Position numbers and translations under genes: made by a program
Source of the DNA: a virus
Taxonomy: Duplodnaviria; Caudoviricetes
DNA: 64,000 nt
Reading direction: 5' to 3' (one strand)
IMG/VR virus record: IMGVR_UViG_3300044723_007969
The notes under the pieces: generated by a model
What the model saw: only the letters and a program-made list of their open reading frames with translations
What the model was told of the DNA's origin: nothing
Database searches by the model: none
Shown here: positions 10,097 through 19,801 of the stretch, piece by piece
How positions within the stretch are numbered: position 1 is the first letter of the stretch
Layout: every line of letters begins with the position of its first letter

Positions 10097-10789
10097 ATGC
10101 AAATTTCAGAACGTTGCCGAGAGTATGAAAGTAGATTTCCTCTATCACCCAGTGGCGGTCCAGTAAATCAACAAGGATGGACGCGGTACAAACAGTACAG
10201 CACACCCGACCACGTAAGGAAAAATGCAAGAATGTTTTGGAACTTTGGTGTTTCTAGGGAGATCAGGTACGAACTCAATTGCAGGAAAGACAATCGCACA
10301 GCAAAGATATTGACCTTTGATCCAACACCGTTATCAAAACAGACCACAGACAGTGCCAATGGGGGTGATTACAATATTATTCATACAAGCAAAGCCTATG
10401 ACACAGTGGCAGGGCAGACAATGAAGTTTTACGATGTCGCTGGTGATGGCAAGTGTTTTCAGTTAGACGAGCCGGAGAAATACGAGAATGTGATAGAAGT
10501 ACAAACAACTAATCTCAAAGAGATCGTTGATCAGCACGGCGCTGAAGTAGATATTATAAAATTAGACGTGGAAGGACGTTGGTATGAGATGTTGAACGAA
10601 ATACTGGATTTGTCTTTGCCAGCAAAAGTGATCCTGTGTGAATGCGAAATGGATATAGGTGACACAGATAACAACTTTAATAGACTAGACGAGATAGTGG
10701 AAAAATATCAAAGTCGTGGATATAAAGTTTGGACAAACAGAATTGGTAAAAAACAAAACATCGAACTTATTTTTACCAACAATATATAG
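10097..10789 (+). CDS. FkbM-like methyltransferase
   Basis: FGVSREI, TFDPTP and IIKLDVEG motifs; ATG 10097 follows TATAAATA. Confidence 0.65.
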   Translation: MQISERCREYESRFPLSPSGGPVNQQGWTRYKQYSTPDHVRKNARMFWNFGVSREIRYELNCRKDNRTAKILTFDPTPLSKQTTDSANGGDYNIIHTSKAYDTVAGQTMKFYDVAGDGKCFQLDEPEKYENVIEVQTTNLKEIVDQHGAEVDIIKLDVEGRWYEMLNEILDLSLPAKVILCECEMDIGDTDNNFNRLDEIVEKYQSRGYKVWTNRIGKKQNIELIFTNNI

Positions 10790-10793
10790 ATTG

Positions 10794-11420
10794 TTATTTT
10801 CTTCCTGAAACTATTTGGTGTATGTCTTTCCAATTACTCACACGTACAACGTCAGGATGAGTGAAGTCCCGATTGTATGGATGGTCTATTAATATAGGCT
10901 TTAAACCGTATTTGAGCCCCAGTACAGCGTTCTTTGGCTTGTCCTCGACCCAATATAGTCCGGTATCATGAAACTCCGCTAAAGCACTATCTTTGTCCGC
11001 TCCTGTTCCTAGAATATGATAATTTGTGAATATATGTTCTCCAAACAGTTCTCCTAATCTCTTCTTACGTAATTGCTGTCCAGGTATGTCTGATGTCTGC
11101 GATGTTATAGGTATGAACGTCCATCCCTCCGCGGCCAACAGTTTGACCCATGTTTGTGATTCCAACATTGGTCTCTGTGTACCCATCCAAGCACTCCTGT
11201 TAAATTCCCTTATCTCTTGTCTAATTGTGTCTTTGCTGACTCCATACCTGGTCGCCATATCATATTCGTTCAGCATATCCGGTAATTGTTTATAGGGATA
11301 ATATCTCGTTCCTTTTTCATCGAAATATGATCTCAGCGACATCCATTTAGAAAAATGGTATTCCCATTCTAGCAATACACCATCTACGTCTGTGAGTATG
11401 ATCCTATTTGATGTCGGCAT
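10794..11420 (-). CDS. HAD-family 5'(3')-deoxyribonucleotidase-like phosphatase
   Basis: ILTDVDGVL, WVEDKPKN, HPYN and RVSNWKDI motifs. Confidence 0.85.
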   Translation of the reverse strand: MPTSNRIILTDVDGVLLEWEYHFSKWMSLRSYFDEKGTRYYPYKQLPDMLNEYDMATRYGVSKDTIRQEIREFNRSAWMGTQRPMLESQTWVKLLAAEGWTFIPITSQTSDIPGQQLRKKRLGELFGEHIFTNYHILGTGADKDSALAEFHDTGLYWVEDKPKNAVLGLKYGLKPILIDHPYNRDFTHPDVVRVSNWKDIHQIVSGRK

Positions 11421-11865
11421 CTTCCATTCCCGCGACTCTCAGTTTGACAATGTTTGTGATCTGCCATTGCTTCTGGTCAAGTCCCTTGGTTATGCCCAGC
11501 CATTGATTTCTGATTAGTGCGAAGTCGTTTATGATCTTGTCCATGTCGACTACATCATCCTCGCCATCCACATACTTCTCTGCATCTCTGCTTGAGAGTG
11601 CCCTGTTGTAATTTTCTAAGTATTTCCTGAAAGTCTTTGATCTCAGTCTCCTCAATTCAATGTTTAGGTATTCTAATATCGCTTCTAACTGTTGTAGTTG
11701 ACTGAATCTTTCTTCCACTATGCCTGGTAGTGCGGCACTGGCCCTTTCCAGGTTACCGTAGATCTTGCACTGCTTCTTGGCCTCCAACAACTCCTTGTCG
11801 AAGTATGCCACGCAGTCTGGTATCTTTGCTAGGTTCCTGCTGACTTCGTTGTACCAATTAATCAT
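11404..11865 (-). CDS. uvsY: UvsY-like recombination mediator
   Basis: Helical protein with KYLENYNRALSSRDAEKYVDGE and KGLDQKQWQITNIVKLRVAG; close to uvsX. Confidence 0.75.
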   Translation of the reverse strand: MINWYNEVSRNLAKIPDCVAYFDKELLEAKKQCKIYGNLERASAALPGIVEERFSQLQQLEAILEYLNIELRRLRSKTFRKYLENYNRALSSRDAEKYVDGEDDVVDMDKIINDFALIRNQWLGITKGLDQKQWQITNIVKLRVAGMEDADIK

Positions 11866-12091
11866 CTTCGCCGTATCCGTCTGACTCATCGTCTTCCTCG
11901 AACACAGTGTTGATCGCTTCTTCTAACTTGGGATCGTATTCAGCAGACGCCTTGATCTCGTCGTGCTCCACTCCTATGTCCTCTAGGCTCTTGATGAAGT
12001 CTATGGCACAATCCAGTTTCTGTCTCTCTGGAACGTAGTGTGTTATGGAGTTCCATAACCTTTCGATGTCCTCGTGTGTAAAGTCTATCAT
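11858..12091 (-). CDS. small acidic hypothetical protein
   Basis: Overlaps both uvsX and uvsY at its ends, consistent with translational coupling. Confidence 0.65.
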   Translation of the reverse strand: MIDFTHEDIERLWNSITHYVPERQKLDCAIDFIKSLEDIGVEHDEIKASAEYDPKLEEAINTVFEEDDESDGYGEDD

Positions 12092-13194
12092 TACTCTTCT
12101 TTTTTACTCTTTGCTTTTGGTTTTGTTTCTGTTTCTACTTCGATAGGGGCATCTGTGTCTTCCATTTCGGTAGGTACTTCTTCTTTGAACTCTGCCATTA
12201 TCATATCTAATTTATCACCAACCCATGCTTTCCTGAAGTCTATGTGTTCTTTACCTGCTTTATCAACATACTTCAGCCTGTTTCCTGTTTGGACTAACAG
12301 TCCTTTTTTCTCGAACAGATCCACAAGTCCACTGTAGGGATCCATGCCTGTGTCATAAGGAATCTTGACTTGTACACCTTCAAAAGGTTTGGCATATCTG
12401 GTCTTCATGACTTTACAAGCGGCTCTTATACCTCTCACATCTGAAACTTTATTGCCTGCTTCATCTTCTTTTAATTTTAATTTTTTCATTGCAACAACGA
12501 TAGAACTTGCATAGATAAATCCTTGTCCGCCTGATATCTTGTCATCTGGATCAAACATGTCCTGTGATGCGTATGTGTGGTTGGTTGCTATAAGTCCTAC
12601 ATTCCAACTACCAAACATGTTCACACAGTTTCTTACAAGTGCTGTCAAAGCCTTAGGCTTTCTACCCAAGTCACCCTTCATGTCACCTGCCTCAAACTGA
12701 TTAACGTCTGTTGGTGTAAGCATCATGCCCAGACTGTCTATAACGAATAGTACTTTAGGTGCACCTTCCTTATTGTCTGCGTGTTGCTCTTTGTAGCCTT
12801 TCATGAACTCTGAAACAGTTTTTGCAACATCATCAACCATTGACATACTCAATTTTAATAGTTTGTCTTCTGATGTGTCCACTTTCAATGCCTGTAACCA
12901 TTTCTCATCTAGTGCATTCTCTGTGTCGATCAATATAACGAAGATGCCTTGCTCTTGTGCATTCTTGATTATGTTTCCTGATGCTATGTAACTTTTTCCC
13001 GCTCCTGATTCACCTGCAAGTACAGTCACTTTTCCTAGTGGAATACCTTTGTTGAAATCACTGGTCATCAAATAGTTCAATGCGTAATTTCCTGTTGAGA
13101 TCCAATCTGTTGGATCACTAAATCCTATGCCTAAGCCTTGGATTGATTTTGTAATACTCTTTCTAAACTTTGTTGCGTCAAATACTTTTGTCAT
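12091..13194 (-). CDS. uvsX: UvsX RecA-like recombinase
   Basis: WISTGNYALN, Walker A GESGAGKS, DTENA, VIDSLG and SGGQGFIYASS. Confidence 0.95.
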   Translation of the reverse strand: MTKVFDATKFRKSITKSIQGLGIGFSDPTDWISTGNYALNYLMTSDFNKGIPLGKVTVLAGESGAGKSYIASGNIIKNAQEQGIFVILIDTENALDEKWLQALKVDTSEDKLLKLSMSMVDDVAKTVSEFMKGYKEQHADNKEGAPKVLFVIDSLGMMLTPTDVNQFEAGDMKGDLGRKPKALTALVRNCVNMFGSWNVGLIATNHTYASQDMFDPDDKISGGQGFIYASSIVVAMKKLKLKEDEAGNKVSDVRGIRAACKVMKTRYAKPFEGVQVKIPYDTGMDPYSGLVDLFEKKGLLVQTGNRLKYVDKAGKEHIDFRKAWVGDKLDMIMAEFKEEVPTEMEDTDAPIEVETETKPKAKSKKEE

Positions 13195-14021
13195 AATTTT
13201 TGATTCCTTTCCATTATTATATTTGCCTTGCTATCTTTTGTCAAATGTTCTAAGTCTAATATTTCAACTTTACCAATTGGTAATAAACCTATTCCGTTTT
13301 TTTTATCTTTGGGATCAATGTTATTGTACCCACACCAATTCAAAAACCCCTTATCAAAAATGTTTTCTCTGTCTGTTAGTTCAATTCGAATATCAGCACC
13401 GATATAATGATTGTTTTTTGTGGCTTCATAATCAAGTGGTAAGTTGTCTTTCCACAAATCATAATAACTTTTTCCTAACTCGTTGTATCCTAGATATACT
13501 TCATTTTTTTTTGCGTAGAATTGTATAAGATCATATTCTTTGTCAATAAGTTTTACTCTTGGCATTGTTTCTCTTTTTTTAGTCCATTGTATAGTCAAGT
13601 GTTCCGATGTGTTTTTGTTTGAATTGTGTTCCAACGCATGAACACAAAAATTTAAATCTCGAATACTTTCTTGTATGTGCATTGGTGCTATTTTCATTAG
13701 TTTAGTTGGGTTATCAAATTCTCCAGACAGTTTTTCAAATGATATGTGTAATGTATTGTATAAATCTTGATCCTCCCAATTTATTTTTTTTGGTATTTTT
13801 ATGAATTCTCTTCGTAAAAAACTGTTAATGTGTGCTACAGCATCTAGCAAGGTTTTTTTTATCTCATCACGTGTACGCAGATTAAAAAAAGATCTTATAT
13901 GATCTATGTCTTCACCGTCGCCAACATATATGGATTCAATCAAGTTCTTCCATTTATTGGCAACGGTGTGATCATAAAGATCTATACGAAATGCGGGCTT
14001 CCCATCAATCTCGTATAACAT
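13191..14021 (-). CDS. hypothetical protein (AT-rich insert)
   Basis: 276-aa ORF filling the gp32-uvsX gap; no recognised motif. Confidence 0.7.
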   Translation of the reverse strand: MLYEIDGKPAFRIDLYDHTVANKWKNLIESIYVGDGEDIDHIRSFFNLRTRDEIKKTLLDAVAHINSFLRREFIKIPKKINWEDQDLYNTLHISFEKLSGEFDNPTKLMKIAPMHIQESIRDLNFCVHALEHNSNKNTSEHLTIQWTKKRETMPRVKLIDKEYDLIQFYAKKNEVYLGYNELGKSYYDLWKDNLPLDYEATKNNHYIGADIRIELTDRENIFDKGFLNWCGYNNIDPKDKKNGIGLLPIGKVEILDLEHLTKDSKANIIMERNQKL

Positions 14022-14029
14022 TTGTCAGA

Positions 14030-15034
14030 TTATTTCGCTTGTCTTGATCTGATCAGTTTCAGTATGTCTTCCGCCCTCTTGGCACTGTCACCTGCAGAAG
14101 CCGCCGTAGCCGCCGCTGTTGGTTGTGGTGCAGATTCAGTTACGGGTGCAGTTGTAGTCACTGGTGCACTTGTTGGTGCCGCTTCTACTACTGGTGCCGC
14201 CGCTGGAGCCGATGCTGTTGGTACTTGTACCTGTGGTTTGCCTTGATAGGCCATACCCGCTGGTCTGAAGTACTGTCCATACTGCTCAAGATCATAAGCC
14301 TCACCTTCAACAGATTTCGCAAATAATTCTGCAATTATTTTGACTTCTGCTTCTGTTGGCTCTTTTGGTCTGAAGTCACCTAGGTTATATAAACCATGTG
14401 TATCAATTGCGGCTCTTTCTGCCTCATCTAATGCACGTTCTCTTCTTGACCATTTTGATGTTGAGTAATCAGCATAACCACCTTTGGTAGTTTTGTTGAT
14501 TCTGAAGTCAACACCTTTTACATAATCAGTTGGCATTTCTTCCATCTCTGGATCCATTAATGCACTTCTAATGATGTTAAAGATTTGAGGACCAATTATG
14601 AATCTTCTAATTGGATTCTCAGGTGTTGAGTCTTCTGTTAGTGGATTCGTTGTGACAAAACCTTGGAAGATGTAACTTTTCTTCTTCCAATATTTTCTTC
14701 CCATGTCTTCCATGCTCTTGTCTTTGAACCATGGTCTAACTTCTGTCAGTACTGGACAAGATTTGCCATACATCTCCATGCACGGTACTTGTACTTGTAC
14801 TGGTCTAGAATCAGTCTGACCTTTAATACCTGCGAAAGGTAATTTGATCATGTTTCTTTCAGTCCAGAAGAAAGTGTTGTTTGTGTCCTTATCTGGTAAG
14901 AACCTAACAACTGCTTCTGAGCCTTCTGCTATATTCCAGTGTGGGTAAATGGCGTTGTCTCCGCCTGTGTTGGAAGTGGAGCGATTCACTTCTTGAGATT
15001 TTAACTTCGCTCTTATTTCAGCCAATGATGCCAT
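14030..15034 (-). CDS. gp32: single-stranded DNA-binding protein (gp32-like)
   Basis: VRFLPD, C..CPV, RKYWKKKSY, GVDFRINK and YADYSTSKW motifs; Ala/Pro/Thr-rich linker; AGGAGG RBS. Confidence 0.9.
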   Translation of the reverse strand: MASLAEIRAKLKSQEVNRSTSNTGGDNAIYPHWNIAEGSEAVVRFLPDKDTNNTFFWTERNMIKLPFAGIKGQTDSRPVQVQVPCMEMYGKSCPVLTEVRPWFKDKSMEDMGRKYWKKKSYIFQGFVTTNPLTEDSTPENPIRRFIIGPQIFNIIRSALMDPEMEEMPTDYVKGVDFRINKTTKGGYADYSTSKWSRRERALDEAERAAIDTHGLYNLGDFRPKEPTEAEVKIIAELFAKSVEGEAYDLEQYGQYFRPAGMAYQGKPQVQVPTASAPAAAPVVEAAPTSAPVTTTAPVTESAPQPTAAATAASAGDSAKRAEDILKLIRSRQAK

Positions 15035-15163
15035 AATGTAAGCCTCCTTTATTGTGCCTGTGTTTGTTTTAGTTTGCCTAAATGTATATTAGACATATAG
15101 TACATAATATACAACTATATTTATCTAAAGTCTACTACTATTATTGGTAATATGGAAGTTTTA

Positions 15164-17278
15164 TTATGAAAGGTTAGCCAGTGTCTTGATTCTGTCCAGT
15201 TCCGTGTTTATTGCTTCTGCTTCGTCGTGTGCTTCTGCTGGAACTTCCATTTCTTCTTCTGAGAAGAACTCTTCTAGTTGTAAGCCTGCCATCTCTATGG
15301 CATCTTTCAGTGTGTATTCCTCGTCGCCTACTTTGAACTTGTCTCCGGCTTTCATGCCTGCCGCTTTGGCTTTTTGTACTGCCTGTGCGAACTGATTTCC
15401 TTCGTTTGTTTTGTCTGCGTATCTTGGATCACCTGATTTCATCTTTTGGTACGCTACTGTGTTTGCTTTTTGATCTGCTTTTGTTACATTAAGTTTTGTA
15501 GCGTTCTCTTTGTCCTTTTTTGCTAGTTCAGGATCTCTTGGATAATTTCCCATCTTAGCATATTCGGACACTTCCATCTCGCCTGCTCTTAATTTGTCAA
15601 AGTTTTTTCTTAAAAATTCTGTTGCCGCCTTCTCATCTTTTGATGCATATACTGTTTTTTCATTTCTGTCTAGAACGTTGTACATCATCTTGCCGTCATT
15701 TTCGCCCCTGCTCATTGACACGTAAGGCTTGATCCCACCTTCGTCGATCATTGAGTCAACCCAACCTTCAAATGCTTCTGTCTCTTTTGCTTTGCCTTTT
15801 AAATCTTTCTTAGGTGCGAACGCTCCTGGTTCCATCCTGACTTGATCAGTGTAGCCTGGCTCCGCCTGCATTTTCTTGTAGTCGTCGATGTATCTCTTTG
15901 CCAACTGCACTGCGATCTTCTTGTTCTTGATGTAGTCTGGACTAGGCTTGAATGCCGCTGAATTCTCTTGTTCCATCTCGTCTGCAACTCTAGAAGCAAA
16001 GTTTGCCACTCTGTCTTCTTCGCCTGATTTGGTTAATAGTCTACTTGCTATGTCTGATAATATAGAACTCAACATTGTGTTCTTGTTTGTGAATTTTGTT
16101 ACTTTCAACATTTTATCTGCAGAATCATCTTTTCTCAACACTAGTTTGTTATCTGGGTCGTTCAAGAAACTCTGTACAACAGCACCGTGATCAACTGGTG
16201 GTTCCACTGGTGCGTCAATTGGTTCTGCATCTGGCTCTAGTTCGTTCACTTGATCTTCTTCTTTATGTGCATTTTCCAATTCACTCATTATTTTGTTTAT
16301 GATTGGTAGTGCATCTTCAACTCTGCTGTCTAGGTTTGTCATTGTAAACTTCTCTCTCATTTTGTTTACAGTTTCATCGTCCAGTATTTGTTCTTCTGAT
16401 GTTTTGAAATCCTTACTTGCGTTCTCGTAGTGTGCTTGGTTAGAAAGGTTCTTCATGTAACCTCTTAGGTTCTCTAGTTTCAATTTAGTTTGCTCAATAA
16501 TATCACCTGCATTGTCGTTTAACTGATCTTTGTTGGTAACATATCTTGAGAATGAATTTAATTTTGCGATGTCCTCTGAAGTTGAAACAATGTGTTGTCC
16601 AAATTCATCATGTGGTCTTCCACCATTTGACACGTGTCTCATCATTGCTCTTGCGCCTGCTAGGTGTGTCAGTGGATACTTGAATCTTTCACCGTCTTCG
16701 TTTTCTATGTATAGTGATTGTATCTGTCTTGATCTTGCACCTGGCACAGTCTCGTCAACTTTGCCTTTGTGTCTGATTATCAATTTTGTTTTGTTTAGGT
16801 TCTCGTATGAACGTTTCGCTGTGCCTGTTAAACCTTCTTTAACTTCGACACCTGCTAATTTAGTAATTCTTGCTAGTTCTTCTGACATCTCGTCAGTATT
16901 TACCGTTTTGTTCGTATCTGCAAGATTTTCATAGTCCTGCTTCGTTAGGTTGTTTTTCGTGATATCTCTGACATCGAACCTCAATTGGTGCTCAACAGCG
17001 AAGTCTTTTAACTCCTTGAGGAATGCATACCATTCATCCTTGCTATCCTCGTCTATTTTGTTCACTAGATCCCTGTTGTAGTACACTTTCATGTTTTCAC
17101 CATCTGCTAGACTGACACTCACACTTCCAAATGTGTCTGCATCTTCCTGGAATTCAAACTCAAAGAATACAGCACCGGACGGGTCTGCCGTAGCGGCACC
17201 ATTCTCGTCACCTAAACGTATGTTGGAAAACTGCGACCTAATCTTGTTGAATAAATCTACTGAGTTTTTTGGGTTCAT
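15164..17278 (-). CDS. large acidic protein, probable virion/internal head protein
   Basis: 704-aa ORF with a late promoter directly upstream, located next to the terminase; carries RIxKLAG-like motifs. Confidence 0.6.
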   Translation of the reverse strand: MNPKNSVDLFNKIRSQFSNIRLGDENGAATADPSGAVFFEFEFQEDADTFGSVSVSLADGENMKVYYNRDLVNKIDEDSKDEWYAFLKELKDFAVEHQLRFDVRDITKNNLTKQDYENLADTNKTVNTDEMSEELARITKLAGVEVKEGLTGTAKRSYENLNKTKLIIRHKGKVDETVPGARSRQIQSLYIENEDGERFKYPLTHLAGARAMMRHVSNGGRPHDEFGQHIVSTSEDIAKLNSFSRYVTNKDQLNDNAGDIIEQTKLKLENLRGYMKNLSNQAHYENASKDFKTSEEQILDDETVNKMREKFTMTNLDSRVEDALPIINKIMSELENAHKEEDQVNELEPDAEPIDAPVEPPVDHGAVVQSFLNDPDNKLVLRKDDSADKMLKVTKFTNKNTMLSSILSDIASRLLTKSGEEDRVANFASRVADEMEQENSAAFKPSPDYIKNKKIAVQLAKRYIDDYKKMQAEPGYTDQVRMEPGAFAPKKDLKGKAKETEAFEGWVDSMIDEGGIKPYVSMSRGENDGKMMYNVLDRNEKTVYASKDEKAATEFLRKNFDKLRAGEMEVSEYAKMGNYPRDPELAKKDKENATKLNVTKADQKANTVAYQKMKSGDPRYADKTNEGNQFAQAVQKAKAAGMKAGDKFKVGDEEYTLKDAIEMAGLQLEEFFSEEEMEVPAEAHDEAEAINTELDRIKTLANLS

Positions 17279-17290
17279 ATAGTGTATTTA

Positions 17291-18883
17291 TTAACCTGTG
17301 AACGATCCAAATATGGGCATTGGGGTTATCTCACTTGTCCTGTCAGTCCATTTTTCGAATATTTTAGGGTCAAAATCTGCTAGAACTTTCATCATACGTG
17401 TCATAAGCAAACAAGAACTTACTAGGTCGTCGTGCTGTCCTGGCTTGGCCTTATATGATAATCCTGACGCAACAAAGTCTTTGAGTTCTGATATCAATAA
17501 CTGCGAGTGGATTTTCATTTTATCATTCTCCACAAGCTCTTTGAATTTTGTACATGCATCAATTTTGTGTTTTGCAGTTGTATTGAATCCTCTCCTAAAT
17601 TTACGTCTGTGGCCTTTTCTAATTGGTTCTGATAAAAACATACCTTGTATATTTTCTTCTCCTATGTCCATAACTCTCATGAGTGCGGCTTCTCCTATGG
17701 AATTATTTTCCATTGAATAGAATATTTGTGGAGTTGCTGTTGAGTCTTTCTCCATGATTGTGTCATGTATATGTTTGTTGATACCTTGCAGTATTCTCAC
17801 TTGTTGGTTCATTGGTGTTTGATTGTGTTGCCATTCGCCCACTTGTTCGAAAGTGGGCAGTTCGAAAACCTGTATTGCGGCAAAGTCTCCACCTGTACCC
17901 ATGCTAGGATCCAGTGATACCATGTATGTGTGTCCCGGTGTTGGCCTTTTGAACCAACGCACCTGACCTGTTGTTTCCAACGGAGGAATGCCTTCCATGT
18001 CTGCAAGTACTAAACTTGATATAAGGGTCTCGTCAAAGATCAAGAATTCACACTCGTGTTCCCTTCTGAATCTTTCTTCACCTATTCTGGCCTTCTCTGC
18101 TTCCGCCCACGTTTCGTCTCTGTCTGGGTGTTCTGACCAGTGTGCTTTCATGGCATAAAAACCGTTAGTGCCTACTAGTTTGTCATTGCCATACTCATCA
18201 AATCGTTTGTTGGCCTCTTTCCAGATCAATGCGAACTGATCTTCGTCACTGTTTGGTGTTGAAGTAATCAGGCATTTACCTCCAGTTGATAGTGTTGGAG
18301 ATAGTGAAGTCCAAAATTCTTTGGCTTTTTCTGGTGGTTGCACGAACGCAAACTCATCGCAATATATTAATGTAAGTGACATACCCCTACCTGTGTTCTC
18401 TGTGGTTGTGGTTGCCATTATCTTTGATCCGTTGTCGAATTCTATCGAGTTCCTGTTGTATTGTGTAACCCCTGCCTTTATCCAACTAGGCAACATCTCG
18501 TAGGCATAACGCACCCTTGACATGATGTCAGATGCTCCTGCGTATTTGTGTGCCGCGATTAGTATCTGTGAATCTGGTCTGAACATGGCATACCATATAA
18601 GGTATCCCGAAGCACAGGTAGTTTTTCCTGTCTGCCTTGGTAACATCGATATGCTGAATCTATGATCGTTGTAGGCCTCTACTAATCTTTCTTGATATGG
18701 AAATGGTTGAAAACTCATCTCACCTTTTGTTGGATGTTGTATCTTCATGAAAGTTTTCATAAAGAACAGAGGACCAGTTTTTGTGTCCATACACTTCTCA
18801 AGTTGTTCAACTTGTTCTTTCGTGTATTTGTGTTTCTTGTGCGCCTTTTTAATTTGGTCGCTATCTAATGATACATACGCCAT
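17291..18883 (-). CDS. gp17: terminase large subunit
   Basis: PRQTGKTT Walker A, YCDEFAFV Walker B, ITSTPN, LDPSMGTGGD and HDDLV nuclease motifs. Confidence 0.97.
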   Translation of the reverse strand: MAYVSLDSDQIKKAHKKHKYTKEQVEQLEKCMDTKTGPLFFMKTFMKIQHPTKGEMSFQPFPYQERLVEAYNDHRFSISMLPRQTGKTTCASGYLIWYAMFRPDSQILIAAHKYAGASDIMSRVRYAYEMLPSWIKAGVTQYNRNSIEFDNGSKIMATTTTENTGRGMSLTLIYCDEFAFVQPPEKAKEFWTSLSPTLSTGGKCLITSTPNSDEDQFALIWKEANKRFDEYGNDKLVGTNGFYAMKAHWSEHPDRDETWAEAEKARIGEERFRREHECEFLIFDETLISSLVLADMEGIPPLETTGQVRWFKRPTPGHTYMVSLDPSMGTGGDFAAIQVFELPTFEQVGEWQHNQTPMNQQVRILQGINKHIHDTIMEKDSTATPQIFYSMENNSIGEAALMRVMDIGEENIQGMFLSEPIRKGHRRKFRRGFNTTAKHKIDACTKFKELVENDKMKIHSQLLISELKDFVASGLSYKAKPGQHDDLVSSCLLMTRMMKVLADFDPKIFEKWTDRTSEITPMPIFGSFTG

Positions 18884-18922
18884 AGTGTAGTATTTAACGC
18901 TGTGGTACGGGGTAGAAAAGTA

Positions 18923-19798
18923 TTACTTTGCTTCTTTATCCTTGATGGCTTTTTTCATTGGTTCTTTTTTATCGCCATCTTTGTCCATGTCCAAGAAGTC
19001 AGGTTTTGCTTCCATCTTAGCCGCTTTCTTGTAACCTTCTTTGAAAGCATTGTATTGGTCTCTTAAACTGTTTGCAAGGTCCTGCTCTGTGATCTTGTCT
19101 TCCGCCGCCATTGGGTTGTCACCACTAGCAACTTTTGGATAAGTTTTCTTCTGCCTGTTCAAACCACCTGAATGTACATTTACCAAAGTATCAGTGTCCA
19201 TTGTCTTAGGTTCGTCTTTTTCTCTGTCTCCTGGAGAATTAGCAAACGTTTCTTCCTGTTTTTCATCTTCAGGATTTTTAATAATGTCTCTCATTCTAGC
19301 CATGTCCATGGATCCTGCCGCATCGTCGTCGCTGTGATCATGTTCAGGTTCGTCTGCACCTATCATTGCTGGATCAACTTGTTGAACTCCTGCTAGTTTT
19401 AGGATCTGCATCATCATTGATGCTTCTTGTGGCGTATCTGCTGAAATTTTTATTGCTTCTTTAACAGTTTCTTTTTTGTCTTCTTTTTCTTCTTTGCCTG
19501 CTTTTTTATCTTGGTATGCTTTTAAGCCTGCTGGTATTTTTCCCTCTTTTGCTTCTTCACCTTCGTCGTCTTCCGAACCATTGATTGCATCATAGAAACC
19601 TCTTAGGCTTTCACCATGTTTAGCCAAGAATTCTTTTCTAGACATTTTTTCTGCCTCACTATGTAGGTAGTCTTTCACTCCACCTTCCGTGACTGCTTCT
19701 GGATTTGTTCTCTCAACGTTTTCCACTGCGCCTTTGACCAATTCAGGTTTGCTTTCTGCTATCTCTTTTAATCTTGTTAATACGTCAATCATTTCCAT
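18923..19798 (-). CDS. acidic hypothetical protein, probable head-associated protein
   Basis: E/K-rich; contains ILKLAGV and KPDFLDMDKDGDKKEPMKKA. Confidence 0.6.
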   Translation of the reverse strand: MEMIDVLTRLKEIAESKPELVKGAVENVERTNPEAVTEGGVKDYLHSEAEKMSRKEFLAKHGESLRGFYDAINGSEDDEGEEAKEGKIPAGLKAYQDKKAGKEEKEDKKETVKEAIKISADTPQEASMMMQILKLAGVQQVDPAMIGADEPEHDHSDDDAAGSMDMARMRDIIKNPEDEKQEETFANSPGDREKDEPKTMDTDTLVNVHSGGLNRQKKTYPKVASGDNPMAAEDKITEQDLANSLRDQYNAFKEGYKKAAKMEAKPDFLDMDKDGDKKEPMKKAIKDKEAK

Positions 19799-19801
19799 AA
19801 C

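Noticed and set aside
15085-15122. T4 gene-32-like pseudoknot (AUAUAGU/ACUAUAU with UGUAUAUUA/UAAUAUACA)
   Set aside because: Almost all A-U pairs, very short loops, and it overlaps the predicted promoter boxes, so it is probably not fully transcribed
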